DNA from: Octopus bimaculoides
Taxonomy: Eukaryota
Direction of reading: 5' to 3'
DNA length: 64,000 nucleotides
NCBI RefSeq assembly: GCF_001194135.2
Contig: NC_069007.1
Location: 13,801,157 to 13,865,156, forward strand
The translations under genes and the position numbers were made by a program. The notes below the pieces were generated by a model that saw nothing but the letters and a program-made list of their open reading frames with translations, was not told where the DNA came from and searched no databases. Shown in pieces: positions 1 through 13,617 of this stretch (position 1 is its first letter; each line of letters begins with the position of its first letter).

Positions 1-36
1 TGACTATCGGTCTGTAGGGTATTTTTGCATTACGTA

Positions 37-425
37 TACGTTCTTTTTAACTGTTTCAATCATTGGATTGCAGCCATGCTGGGGCACCACCTCGAGTTTA
101 GTCAAACAATCAGCCACAGTATTTTTTTTTCCTTTAAATCTGCTACATATCCTATTAGTCTCTTTTACTGAACTGTTAAGGGGGATGTAAACACACTAAC
201 ACCAGTAGTGAAGCAGTGGTGGGGGTGGACGAACACACACACAAAGACAAATACACAGATATACATAAATATGATGGGTTTCTTTCAGTTTCCATCTCCC
301 AAATCCACTCAAAAGGATTTAGTTGGCTCAGGGCTATAACGGAAGATGCTAGCCCAAGTTGTCACAGAGTGGGACTGAACTCGGAACCATGTGGTTGGAA
401 AGCAAGATTCTTACAACTCCGTCAT
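37..425 (-). mobile_element. tRNA-derived SINE family A (head ggcatggctgtgtggtaagaagcttgcttcccaaccacatgg...; tail ...gactgaaacaagtaaaaga)
   Basis: Reverse complement of the family seen in many copies in this window; A/B-box-like head and central (CA)n. Confidence 0.8.
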
Positions 426-523
426 ACATATATATATGTAATATATACATATATATATGTAATATATACATATTATATATTTTAAAGCAGTGCTCCAGCA
501 TGGCTGCAGTCAAGTAACTGAAA

Positions 524-562
<39 letters not shown>

Positions 563-1014
563 ACTAATTAAATATTCACTTATTATATGTGTGATCCTTC
601 AATCTGTGGATAAACTGTCTTGGGCCAGGGGCCACTACCTTAAATCATTGACCAGTGTGACCAGGCTGACCTGGGGTTAAACAACAAAGTAGATAATCAG
701 AAATGGCCATTCAGGAGTAAAGGACACACTGGAATTATTTAGATTTATGTTTCCCTGACGAACATCAAAGAAACACTCCCTCTGCTACCATTTTCACTTG
801 AGTACAACACATTCCAACATCATGTGACCCTTTTTTTTTTTTTTTTTTNNNNNNNNNNATAATGCTACCCTTTACTTTTTATCTTGATGTTTGTCCCCTA
901 ACCTTGACAGTGTGATAGTTGTAAAAGAGAGTCATTGTTGTGCAAGCAGTGTCCATTTCCAATCTTCTGTGAAAATATGTCTGGTCACAAGGAAATATTG
1001 CCATGCCATAGAGC

Positions 1015-1388
1015 ATGGCAGGAATGGCTTTGTGGTAAGAAGCTTGCTTCCCAACCACACAGTTCCAGGTTCAGTCCCACTGTGCAGCACTTTGGGAAAG
1101 TGTCATACTATAGCCTTGGGCCAATCAAACCCTTGTGAGTGGATTTCATAGATAGAAACTGAAAGAAGCCTGTCGTGTGTGTATGAGTGTCCCCCACCAC
1201 TGCTTAACAGGTGTTGGTGTGTTTATGTCTCTGTAACTTAGCAGTTCAGCAAAAGAGAAAAGAATGAGTAACAAGCTTAAAAAACAAAACAAAAAAAAAG
1301 TACTGGGAGTGATTCATTCATTCGACTAAAAATCTGAGGTGGTGCCCCAGCATGGCTGCAGTCTAATGACAAGTAAAAGATACAAGAT
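1015..1388 (+). mobile_element. SINE family A
   Basis: Full-length head, body and tail. Confidence 0.85.
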
Positions 1389-1501
1389 ACCTGGAAACAG
1401 GTGAAGGTGAGCAACTGGCATCCAGCTGTAGTAAGTTTGCCTCAACAAATTTTGATGCAAGTATGGAAAAGCAGGTGTTAATTATTCATGTATCCTCATG
1501 C

Positions 1502-1725
1502 TTAACCCCTTAGTATTCAGATTACTGTCAAATGTAACCCTTATTAATTCACATCGTTTTGAATTAATCAAGCATTATCTTGTCACTTCGAGATTTTGAT
1601 GATGTGATTATTTTTAGAATGACATTGTAGGGGAGATCAGAAAGGCCAGATCTGGCTAGTTTGAACATAAAACATGTAAAAATTATTTGGTTGGATATGA
1701 CCGATTTAAATGCTAAAGGGCTTAA
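1502..1725. mobile_element. piggyBac-type MITE (TTAA-CCCTTTAGCATT...AATGCTAAAGGG-TTAA family)
   Basis: TIR-like ends and TTAA flanks. Other copies or fragments at ~3174-3260 and ~4651-4750. Confidence 0.75.
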
Positions 1726-1974
1726 GACTTACTGAGCTATAGTCCTGATCAAGAAGAATTAGTACAACAGTTTGAAACTGATCCCTGCCCCCACTTCTTC
1801 ACAAAAGCAAACCAGGATAGATCACAAATATCCAGTTAATTATGAAGAAATAACTTATTAAAATTTGGCTTACACCGATTGCTATTTAAAGAAAGCCAAC
1901 TTAATTCTCTCATGAGAAATGCTTTGAAAAGCTGAAGTGAATCCCAGAGTATGAATCAAAAAGGGAGCCACTAT

Positions 1975-2191
1975 ATCGGTTCTCAACTGGGGTCCACAAA
2001 ATTGTTAAAATCTGCAATAAATTAGTTATATACTTCTACAATACACAAAATATTTTTTTTAATGCAATTCCTAATATTTAATTCTAAAAATACAAGAGGG
2101 TTTTTTAAAACCTCGAATGGCTATGAGGGAGCACCTGGAGCAAAATAGGAATTGAAGGGCTCATAGGTACAATAATGGTCGATAACTACTG
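1975..2191. mobile_element. Decayed hAT-type MITE (ggttctcaac..gataactactg termini); related fragments at ~15925-16055 and ~26405-26443
   Basis: Termini resemble cagtggttctcaac / gttgagaaccactg hAT TIRs. Confidence 0.55.
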
Positions 2192-3274
2192 ATGCAGATG
2201 GTCAGTCAGTCTACTAAAATAGCAGCTAAATCTCATAACACTTACACCATCAGTAAGCCTGCCCTGCTGGATTAGTGTAAAACAGGGATTGAACAACAAC
2301 AACTAAAAAGAACTGGGTAATTACCATCCAAAAAGGCCGACATCCAAATCCCAAGAAAAGACACGATGTAAAAATCTCAGAACACCACCTTTTTATGAAC
2401 GCCCTCCAGATAAAACATTAAGTCCAAAGTTGAAGTCAACCCTCAGTATATTTCAGACAGTCCATGGATTAAAACGTTTTTTAAAATTATTTCCTATGTC
2501 CCCCCAAATTCCCTCCTCACTAAAGTAGCTGGTTATGAACTGAGCTAATAATACTCCTTTAGTATTCTACAACAGCAATCAACCACAGAAATAAAGTCAT
2601 TCCCTCAAGGCTGCACACAACATACCTCTGTGGTGGCCTCCGAACATTCTTCACATAACAAACATACTTACAAAAAGGTTGGGTCTTGTTTCTCCCAGGT
2701 GGGAAATCTAACTTTAAAAAAGCTAACTGTACAAAGAAGGACATATTCTTCATGCCACCTGCATATTTGAACTGGTATGTTTATTCCACCCACACACTTT
2801 AGTTTAAAAATAATAAAAAATAAAAATGTAAAAACAAAAAGGTGTAAAGATGATAAGATTAGTTTTCTCTTTTGTTTCTTTCCCTCCACCCCCACTTCAT
2901 TAATAAGCTACAAAAAGAAATTCCTTTAATGTAAGAGTTGCAAACCTCTCTCAGATTATGCCCTACAACCAAGATAAACTTAAGCCAAGATGTGATTGAA
3001 TGATACAGCCATGTGGTTTCATGTTCAATTTCATTGCATGGTACCTTGGTCTTCTATAGTTTCCAATTAGCCAGAATCTTGTGAACAAATTTGGTAGACA
3101 GAAGTCATGTGTAAACCCCACTGTGTGCATACACGCACATGCATGTGTGCATATGTATCAATACAGTTTGAACCCTTTAGCATTTAAACTAGCCAAATCC
3201 AGTTTGAACATTCAACACGTTTTACATTCAAAACAGGCCATATCTACCCTCTCACACTTAGCCTACACTAATAA

Positions 3275-3738
3275 TCACATTGTAGTCGTAGCTGATGCCA
3301 GTGTCACATAATTGGCCCATTAAAACCACCTTTCAATCGTTAGGCAATATGCTGTGCTTGTGAAAACCTGTTGAACCAAGTGAAATTGTAGTTGTGGCCA
3401 ATGTCAGTGCCTTCTGACTGGCACCCATGCCAGTGGTATGTAAAAAGCACTGTTCGACCATTGGGCCTCGCAGAAGCAGTGATAGGTGACCAAAACCTTT
3501 GGCGACATACTGTGCTTGTGTAGACCTGTGAAGCTAAGTGAGATCGTAGTCGTGGCTGATGCTGGTGGCAGGTCAATGGCATGTAAAAGGCACCCACTAC
3601 ACACTCAGAGTGGCTGGCATTGGGAAGGGCATCCAGCTGTAGAAACCTTGCCAATTGGCACCTGGTGCAGCTCCCCAGTTTCCAGTCAAATCAGCCAACC
3701 CATGCCAGCATGGAAAGTGAGTATTAAATGATGATGAC
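3275..3738 (+). mobile_element. 5'-truncated RTE-type LINE 3' end (ggaagggcatccagctgtagaaacc...catgccagcatggaaa...(ATG)n tail)
   Basis: The same 3' region is contiguous with RTE ORF2 C-terminal coding at 48290-48620 and 58400-58550. Further copy at ~26200-26402 (+). Confidence 0.75.
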
Positions 3739-3783
3739 AACGACATCACTGAAACCTCAAAGCTATAAGAAAAGGTCTCAATT

Positions 3784-3961
3784 ACTTTTACTTGTTTCAG
3801 TCATTTGACTGAGGCCATGCTGGAGCACCACCTTTAGTCGAGCAAATCGACCCCAGGACTTATTCTTTGGAAGCCTAGTACCTATTCTATTGGTCTCTTT
3901 TGCTGAACAGCTAAGTTACAGGGACGTAAACACACCACCATTGGTTGCCAAGCGATGTTGG

Positions 3962-3965
<4 letters not shown>
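3784..3965 (-). mobile_element. SINE family A, 3' half
   Basis: Reverse complement of the tail and body. Confidence 0.8.
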
Positions 3966-4005
<40 letters not shown>

Positions 4006-6801
4006 TGTGTATGTGTTTCTCTTTTGACAGCATGACAGTCGTAAACAAGCAGTGCCCATTGCTTCCAATCTCCCATGAAGACGGGGGAATATTACCTTGG
4101 TTGGAAACCGGTGAGAGTTGGTGACAAGAAAAGCATCCAACTGCAAGAATGCCTGTCGCAAGCACAAAGCTGCAGGTGTTAAAACATCAGTGATAAAGAT
4201 TTAACTATTATGAGGGAGGTCAAAGTGACCGACAGAACTTTTGACTGCAGTGCTCCTGCACAGCTGCAGTCCAATGTCTGGATTCATTAAAAATATACAT
4301 TTGTGATAGTTTCTATTGACGTAGATTAACAAAGGATGTAAATAAAAGAAACACTGAAAGAACCGTGCGTCTGCACAAAAACATGGAATAGATTCAGCAT
4401 AAGCTGTAACTGATCACTTCTCAACGCTTTGCAAGGAGAGGTGCAGCAGACCATGACCAAGTGATCTGGCCATTTGAAAGTTATAAACAACAACAATCAT
4501 TTAAAAATGCATGTTATATGACGTCAGAAATACATGATTAATAGATCATGCATGTGACTGAACAAGACTGGCAACATTAGAGCCTATATGTGGTTGCTTA
4601 ATATGCTAGAAATAACAGCCCAACAGCCTTGATATCTACAACCTACTATCTTAACCCTTTAGCATTTAAACCAGCCATATCCGGCCTAAATATGCTAACC
4701 AGTAAGATCCAGCCTATCACACCAACCCATCAATGCCATTTAAAATATTCTAAATTCTCTCCAAAACTACTTTCAGCAATAGTTCAAGATTAGTCTTGCT
4801 TTGCCAGTAGCTACGAGAAAAATTATGGAAACCCATGAGAATCATACTTGTAACTTGAGGATCTGGTTTACCAACAGCATCACAATGACAATTCTACAAA
4901 TAGTAGAATCAACAGTTCTATGAATAGTTGACAATTCTATGAATAGTTAAAAATGCAGTGGAATATTCAGCCACTTCACCCAATGTCAAATGTTGTTGAA
5001 ACCAAAAGGAAATTAATATTTGATTGCATGGGTCCAACCAATGTTTCCTCCTCAACAGAAGAGCTCTAAAAGCCAACTCACACAAGTGTCAGACACTACA
5101 ACACTAGAAAATTGCATTTTGGGAAGAGCAAATGTTAAGAAAGAAAGAAAGAAAATATTTCAAGTGAGAAAACTACAAACTGAGTCTGGGATGATTTGAG
5201 AGTTATACAAACTGTTGCTCCTCCATCATTCAGTGAGATGCAACTGTTTCAGGATAGAATTTAAATGACGTGTTAGCAGCAAGTAAGCTTTTACAAAGGA
5301 GGCACTTCAGGTTGCAAATGGTGCCCCATTTCCACAAACCTTGAACCAATAAGACCAAAAAAAGTTACCAAAATTCAAAAGGAAACAAAATCCATAAGTA
5401 ATGGAGTCCATCTGTTCGACTAAAACCCTTCAAAGTATTATCATGCTCCAGCAACCCCAAGAGTGGCACAATCCAATGCTAAACAAGTAAAAGAAGGGAC
5501 CAAGACTAAGAAAAGCTGGCTGCTATTTCTAGCAGATCAAGCGACTGTAAAGTCACACCCTACTGTAAAAAGAAGTCAAAACTGTAGATATGTTGTCTAA
5601 AATAGTATAAAAATATACTGGATGGTCACAGGTGGAAAGACAGATTATCTGTCAGATCAAAACTGACCCAAGGCTAAACAATTTAATGACCATTTCCCAT
5701 GGAAGAGGGACAAAACTGATCCTCAAAACATGGAAGGGGAAATTTTAATTGGAAAACCAGATACTAAAAAACAATGTAGTAAATATATTAGACATTTGTC
5801 CAGTTTAATTACAATCCATTTCACTAATTAAAAAAAAAAAGTAAATCAAACATTTTTACACAATGCCAATTATAACCGCAGATCTGTTCGTCTGTCCCTT
5901 TACTTGAGTATCGGATTTCATTTCACCCCACCCCCAAAGAACTACACATTACTAAGTATCAATATCACTGCCTTCATCTAAGTTACAGGGTCACCTTCAT
6001 TTAAGTTGTATTGCTACAAAAGTTAATTAAAGCAAAAAAAATCAACCAATGATTAAGGAATTAGTCGGTCGTAAGAATTGGTCAGAACATAAGAATAGGA
6101 AATAAAGATCAAAAAGCTGTCTTATCTCAGCAAATTGTTGACCCTGCGTCGAGATTTAGTTAGCTTCTCCAGTTACGAATGACCAGGTCACACATTTAGC
6201 ATCCTTCAATTAGTCATTAAAGCAAGATTTTATCTCAGTTACACAATATCTATTACAGGATGGCCGCTATTTCACAACCTGAATGTTGTCAATGAAAAAA
6301 ATCTAAATCAGAGTTGAACAAGGACAAGAGAGAAAATAACTAAATATTGCCGGGTTATACATTTTGACAGGATGACCATGGTTTGTATCTCTGATCCGGC
6401 ATATGACCAATAAATTAGAGCAGAGCCTGAATGTCCTTGGTCAAAGATCTAAACCAGAGCTGAACAAGGAAACCACCACCATGTGTGGTCTGATTACACC
6501 ATATTACAGTTTGATTGATCAAATCTACTCTATCGGGTCTAACCAGGAACAGCCACAGAAAGGCAGATTAAACAGCGTCAGTTGAAAGTTATGGGGACCA
6601 CATTAAGAGGGGTTAAAATAGCAAAAGGGTTTCAGAGGTAGTATATAACAAAAACCAACTTTAGAGAGATTTTTCTCTTTTTACTGTATCTAGTCCTAAG
6701 ACCCTTGAGGTTGGTTACTTGGTTTCCATGGTGCCGACATGACCAAGATGGCATTTCCCCTGGATGGGATGCCAGTCTGAGTAGACTGGAACAGTGTTTT
6801 A

Positions 6802-7024
6802 CTTAACTCTTTAGCATTTAAACCGGCCATATCTGGCCCAGATATGCCTCGTTTTAAGTTCAAACTAACCAGATCCAACCTCTCACACACATCCTACAAT
6901 GTCATCCTAAAAATAGACAATAACATCAAAATCTCAAAGATATGAGATAATATATGATTAATTCAAAGTCATATGAATGAATAAGCTCTACATTTGGCAG
7001 AGTAATTTAAACCCTAAAGGGTTA
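6802..7024. mobile_element. piggyBac-type MITE, same family (opposite orientation)
   Basis: ttaactctttagcatt ... aaccctaaagggttaa with shared internal sequence. Confidence 0.75.
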
Positions 7025-8211
7025 AGAACAAAGCACATCACCTGGTTCAGACTTGAAACCACAATCTTGCAATCACGAGTGTAACACCCTAACCACTAGG
7101 CTATGCATCTTTACAATAACTTTACAGGACCACGTATTGAATAGAAACCAGACTTTCCCCAGGGACTGAGCATTTGGTACTTGGGTGCTTTACCTGTTTC
7201 TTTTTTCTTTTTTTTTAATCACCCTTGACATGAACCATGAAAACAAGTCGAGCAAGGTTAGAAATAAAAAAAAAGAAAAAGCTTCATAAAACCATATTTA
7301 AGCTAAAAACTTCTCACTGGGAAGTAAAATACCAACTCAACGAAAAGAAATAAAACTTATAACTATGATATACATAGAAGTGAATTATTCATTAAAAAAA
7401 AATTTAGGTCGTGGCTAATAGTGTTTCACCATTAGAAAAATATAAAAGAATGTGTGACTGGTTTAACAAGTTTTATCTCATCAACACAAAACACAAAAAT
7501 GCCAGGCTAAATAACTACACACACACACACACACACAGACAGACGCCCACACTGTAACAAATGACAATGCATACTCGAGTGGAAAGAGTGATTTTTGTAC
7601 TGGATTCTCTCTCTCTCTCCTCACTAACCCCCCCCCCTCCTCTGAATCAGAATGCTTAAAAAGAAAAGAAAAAACTTATCAAAGTCAGAAAATGAACTTT
7701 TAAGTCTATCAAAATTAAAAAGAACTGATTAGAAGTCTTCAGAGAAGAGAGAGAGAAATGGACTTTTACCGAACTGTGCTGATTATTGAGGGCTTGGTGT
7801 TAAATGTTAGATTAAAAACCACAAATTTAGCATGTCAAAAGAACGTGTGTGTTACACCACAAACACCAGTAGTAGTAGTAGTAGTAGTAGTAGCAGCAGC
7901 ATTGGTAGGTTAATGAATATCGCCCTCACCTTTAAGAACACCCACTTCTATGTCCCAGTGGACCTAGTTTACAGTAAATTATTACTGACGAGGAGGGAAG
8001 GGCAGTGGATAGCTCACATAACTGACACATTGATAATTGACAAGGGTTTCATTGGGGGTGGGGTTAGGCAATGGTGGACTGGCCAGAGTTCAACTTTTGT
8101 TAACATATAGGTGGGTGGGTTGTCTTGATAAGGTTCAACCAAGTTTAACATATTCAAATTTAGTTTCACTCAATACATGGCGTGCGTGTGTTGTATTCAA
8201 GGGATAAGTAC

Positions 8212-8755
8212 AGCATGGCTATGTGATCAAGAAGCCTGCTTTGCAATCATGTGGTTTTGGGTTCAGTCCCATAAGGTACCATCTTCAGCAAGCAGCTTCT
8301 ACTATAGCCGTGGGCTGTCCAAAGCCATTGAGTGAATTCAGTAGATGGAAACTGTGTGGAAGCCCATTGTGTGTATGTGTAAGTTTGTCCCCCACCTTCA
8401 CCATTTGACAACCAGTGTTTTGCTTACATTCCCATTATTTAACAGTTCAGCCAAAGATACTGACAGAATAAGTACGAGACTTAAGAAATAAGGCCTGGGG
8501 TTAACTTGTTTAGGTATATACCCTTTAAGGTGGTGCCCCAGCATGGCCACATTCCAATGACAAACCAGTAAAAAGGTAAAAGAAATGTTTGCCCTAAAGT
8601 TTATTTTCAAGGCATGGCTGTGTGTTAAGAAGCTTGCTTCCAAAACACATGGTTCTGGGTTCAGTCCCACTGCATGGCACCTTGGGCTGGTGTCTTCTAC
8701 TATGGCCTTGGGCTGACCAAAACCTTGAGTGGATTTGGTAGATGGAAACTGAAAG

Positions 8756-8786
<31 letters not shown>

Positions 8787-8980
8787 TCATGTTTGTCCCC
8801 CACCACCACTTGACAACCAGTGTTGGTGTGTTTGCATTCCTGTAACTTAGCGGTTCGGCAAAAAGAGACCAATAGAAAATGTACCAGGCTTAAAAGTAAT
8901 GGGCTTGATTCGTTCAATTAAAAATTCTTCAAGATGATCCTGCAGCATGACCACAGTCTAACGCCTGAAACAAGTAAACA
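8212..8980 (+). mobile_element. Two tandem SINE family A copies (8212-8585, 8612-8980)
   Basis: Two consecutive head-to-tail units. Confidence 0.85.
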
Positions 8981-9281
8981 ATAAAAGCTTAACACACGAG
9001 TTACTCAGTAGAAGTTGTTTTATATGTAACTTCCAATAAAGAAAATCAGATGCTTGACTAATAGACAAACCTAAGAAATCTTGTATTATAGAAGTTTTGT
9101 ACGCAAGTAAATATAACACACACCATTGCCATAGTCTAATCACCTCGCAACCTCTTGTACTTTCAAAACGGATGACTGGTCAGACGACCTGACAAGTTGT
9201 ATGCTAACTATATAGTTGGTAGAATGTGAATCAATTATGAAACATCAAAAGCAACTCAGCAGTTAAGTGTAACTATCCTCT

Positions 9282-9512
9282 TAACCTTTTAGCATTCAAA
9301 CCAGCCACACCCAGCCAAAATATCCTACTTGTTTTATGTTCAAACCAATCAAGATCTGGCCTCTCTCATTTACCCTACAATGTCATTTATTATTAAAAAA
9401 ACAAAATCATATCAAAATCTCAAGCTATAAGATGATGCTCATAGCTTTGATTCAAAACAATGTGAATAAATAAGGATTACATTTGATAGAATCTGAATGC
9501 TCTAAAGTATTA
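9282..9512. mobile_element. piggyBac-type MITE, same family
   Basis: ttaaccttttagcattc ... atctgaatgctctaaag with shared internal sequence. Confidence 0.7.
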
Positions 9513-10497
9513 AACAAGACCCTCACAGCACCAAATCCCCCATGTGGGACTCATAGCTACACTTACAATTCAATGTTAAAAATTATCTGATCACTTCAAA
9601 TTCACAAGACCACTACCCCTGAGAACATCCTTCCATTACCCTCAGTAATGCAACCCAGAGCTAAGCCCTCTTTACAGAGATAGATCCCAATTTTGAGGAT
9701 TACAGTAGTGTATCCCATTCCTTGCTTTTGTCCCTGCCAATTAATCTCTTATACTCACTTCCAACAGATAAAAAGTTAACCATCAAAAACCTTATTCACT
9801 TTGAAACTCCTTCCTTCTGACCACAAAAAAAACTTCCAGGAGACCAGATCTATTAGGGCCCCACTTTCCTCTGTAACCAGGGTGCCCTTGCCCCCCAGAA
9901 ATTTAAAATAGTGTTTTTGGTTTCACTTTCAATGTTTTCTTCTTTTCAACAAGGTCTGGTAAACAAAGCTGTCCACACATATACTCCATTTGTCCCTCAG
10001 GTTTTGGCTGGACAGACTGACCACAGTAATGCAACCAGTGCTGATGGAACTGACACTCCATTCTGATTTGGCCTTGGGTTCAAGTTTTGTCCAATAATAC
10101 CCCTCCTTCATTCAAGTATCTCCTACATGCAACAGGCATGCCAAATTGTCACTGACCACATGAATACATACTGCCCCAGGCCAGAAACATCCTCCAGTGT
10201 GTCATAGTGATGCCATCTCCTACAAATGGCAATGATTACTGCACCATATCACAAAAATATTGCACCTTGCCCTTCCTTTAAATCCAAAGCACACACCAAG
10301 AACCCACACAGCTGGTCCAAATGCTAAATCTCACTAACTATCACTGAAGAATTCATATCCTAAACGCAGTAAAGACTCCATCTCAAAGACCAGCCTTCAA
10401 GTCCAGAAAACACTTCCTTTGTAACAGGTACATATCACAAGATCTTGTCGCAATGTGATGGCTCAAGTGCTTCACCTCCAAGATTCAAACACATCTG

Positions 10498-10973
10498 CTG
10501 TAAACCATATAGCTGTTCTCTTTGTGTGTGTGTGTGCGTGTGTGTAGAACAAGATAGCTTTCAGTAGTACCCCTACAACCTGATGGTACTACCTGTACCA
10601 TCAGGTTATAAGTGTACTAAATTCAAGTGTTAAAAATAAGTGATCAGAGAAAAAAAAAAGGGAGGGACAGGTAAAGGACAATACCATGTACTCGAATTAA
10701 GTATTCAAGAACATTCCTTTACAACAGAATNNNNNNNNNNCTGTAAACCATATAGCTGTTCTCTTTGTGTGTGTGTGTGCGTGTGTGTAGAACAAGATAG
10801 CTTTCAGTAGTACCCCTACAACCTGATGGTACTACCTGTACCATCAGGTTATAAGTGTACTAAATTCAAGTGTTAAAAATAAGTGATCAGAGAAAAAAAA
10901 AAGGGAGGGACAGGTAAAGGACAATACCATGTACTCGAATTAAGTATTCAAGAACATTCCTTTACAACAGAAT
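10498..10973. other. Exact 233-bp direct duplication around a 10-N gap (probable unmerged contig overlap)
   Basis: 10498-10730 equals 10741-10973, separated only by 10 N. Confidence 0.85.
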
Positions 10974-13596
10974 GGTAAGCCGAACAAGAAATTAATGCAG
11001 CTGCCCATACCTGCTTTGGCAGGTAAATACACCATTTCTAACAAAATAAGTGTTCTCGTTAACAATTGGGTGAAGTAAGAACAAGATGGAAACCTGGAAA
11101 AGGAGGGGGGGAGATTCTCTCAGAAATGAAAACATCTGCAATAAATTTAAACTAGGTTCAACAACTGGTGGAGGCCCACTTCAGCCCACTCACCAGTAGT
11201 TAGATAAATCACTGAATCATTGCAATTAATTTCAAAGAGTTAATTAGAACTTGCAGTGGAAATTATTAAAAGTAGATTACTTGAGGACAAAGAAATATAC
11301 AAGTGTGTATAGCGTGAGTGATTGTATACAGTGTGCATGTAATGTGTGTGTGTATGAGTGTTTATATGTATGTGTGTGTCTTATGTACATGGAGGACTAC
11401 TTGAGAAGTAGATGACAGTTTTTATTAAGGTTTCTGAGAACACTTCACAGAGCAANNNNNNNNNNNNNNNNNNNNNNNNNNNNNNNNNNNNNNNNNNNNN
11501 NNNNNNNNNNNNNNNNNNNNNNNNNNNNNNNNNNNNNNNNNNNNNNNNNNNNNNNNNNNNNNNNNNNNNNNNNNNNNNNNNNNNNNNNNNNNNNNNNNNN
11601 NNNNNNNNNNNNNNNNNNNNNNNNNNNNNNNNNNNNNNNNNNNNNNNNNNNNNNNNNNNNNNNNNNNNNNNNNNNNNNNNNNNNNNNNNNNNNNNNNNNN
11701 NNNNNNNNNNNNNNNNNNNNNNNNNNNNNNNNNNNNNNNNNNNNNNNNNNNNNNNNNNNNNNNNNNNNNNNNNNNNNNNNNNNNNNNNNNNCCCTAGTAC
11801 CCTGTTGTATAGGCCCCCTCCTGCCAGTGAGATTTGAACCTAGCACAAAAGAACCAGTACAAAATACTATGAAACATTTTACCCAACGCTCTACCATTTG
11901 TTACTCCGCCACACCTCTGTAGAGATTAACAACAGAGAAAGAGGATTCAATAACTTCAAATTTTAGAACAACAATTTTAAGGGAGATGGTTGGTGGATAA
12001 CACTGACATGCCCCTCCCTCAGTATTTTATCAAACCCAAAAGAATAAAAGCAAAGTTGAATTCAGCAGAATTTGAACTCAGGTGGGGAAAAATTCCACTG
12101 CATTTTGTCCAACGTCAAACAATTCTGCCAGTTATCAGTTAGTCACCTTTCTTAATAAAAGAAAATGGTCTTTGTTAGTTAGTCATAGAGTTATTTATGG
12201 ACAAAGGAAGATCGTTGTATTCTTCAAAGAATTGGTCTCAATTTGGAAAGTGGAAAATATTGCTATAAGACTAAGCATGTCAGCATGCTGTCAAAGCTAT
12301 TTCAACTACTGCTGCTTTACAAAAATAAAAGATGAAAGAATACTGGTCATAAAAATAAGAGAAACAACAAAAAATAAAACAGCAACTTAAAAACCATAAA
12401 CTGAAGCAAACAAACTTAAAACAGATTTGCCAGTAAAACAATGGTAAAACAAAAAAATAACCGTTACTAGAAAATCAGGGTAAAACAGAGGCCAGTGAAT
12501 AAATGTTATAGAATTTGACAATCCAAAGATGGAGGTAGGAGTATCCAAAAAAAAAAAAAAATCTGTAGAAAATATCAAAAAAAAATAAACGAAACGGACG
12601 AACAGAATGTAGAAATAATTGTGAGACATAATCAAACAGAAATGATTCTATATTTATAAAAGTATGTTTAAAGATAGCTTCACTAAATAATTTCAAGGTT
12701 GTAAACCTATAATTGATGGCGATGGTGGTAGGGAGAGGAGTGCATGTTGACAAACCGAAAAATAACGATCTCAGAGATGGATTTCTTCTGCTCGCACAAT
12801 TGGGACAATGCAATTCTTGCAAATATAGACAAGTCATAGAGGACACCTAAACATTTTTAAAAATCTGATTAACATGACTTCAAGCCCGACTTCAGAGGCT
12901 TTCTAATTGGAGTCGTACGCTACAGCGCCACCTTCATAATTGTGTCATCCCTCATGGTGACCCCTTTAACTGCATCGCCCCGGTTGTTGACTCCCTGAGA
13001 TTCTCTACCCAGGTTTCTTTTCTCGAGAGAAACTCAAGTCTCACCAGCTTCTGTGAGAAGAAGGAACAGCCCTTTCCTTTCAAATACAACCAGATTCAAT
13101 GATGCAAGCATCAGGTCGCCGACACCGCAATCATCTGTCACTCCTGACACCACACACTTCTCTCCACCTGTCATCAACTTATTAAACTTTAAACCAGCCA
13201 CAGGCAAACTGCGGTCAGTTAGACTTTCTGAATGGCACACCGAGCGAAAAATAACCATCTTTTTTCTTGTTTTATAAATGGATTTTTTTTAAAGTAGTGC
13301 GGTCCGCCTATGGTGATGAGAAATGTCTCATGTCCGAGTCACGTAAAAGCTTGCCCATGCCTGTTTTAAACAAACTTCAGCCGCAAGACTAAAAACGTTT
13401 AGAATTTAATAATCATACTTTTATATAGAAAAAAATATATATATATAGTGATATAAATATACTTTTATATATATAGAAAACACGAGGAGGAAAAATACAG
13501 AACGAAAAAATAAAACACTGACATGAACAAACAACTAAAAATGGTGAAGATGTGAATGAATGGAAGAAAACCTAGCAGAGGATAAAAGTTACTCAC

Positions 13597-13617
13597 CTCC
13601 CCATGCCGGAATCGGAA
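13597..13617 (-). other. Candidate 21-nt microexon (FRFRHGE if phase 0) or 3' end of an alternative first exon
   Basis: Minus strand tttttctctcag|TTCCGATTCCGGCATGGGGAG|gtgagtaac: perfect donor, pyrimidine-rich acceptor, and length divisible by 3. Confidence 0.4.

Noticed and set aside
2699-2774. Plus-strand 76-nt exon-like segment (ctcccag|...|gtatgt; GKSNFKKANCTKKDIFF..)
   Set aside because: No recognisable homology, no partner exons, and opposite to the inferred host strand; such sites arise by chance.
7194-7231. Minus-strand ATG..CAG|GTAAAG (MSRVIKKKEKRN)
   Set aside because: Phase 2, incompatible with the expected phase-0 next exon; its lysines come from poly-A runs; no good acceptor.
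10498-10973. Apparent 233-bp tandem duplication
   Set aside because: The copies are identical and separated only by a 10-N placeholder, typical of an unmerged contig overlap.
13034-13258. ORF MVIFRSVCHSES.. as a gene
   Set aside because: No family motif, it ends in phase 1 at the nearby donor, and it may just be the antisense shadow of the + frame. Kept only as part of the CpG-island finding.
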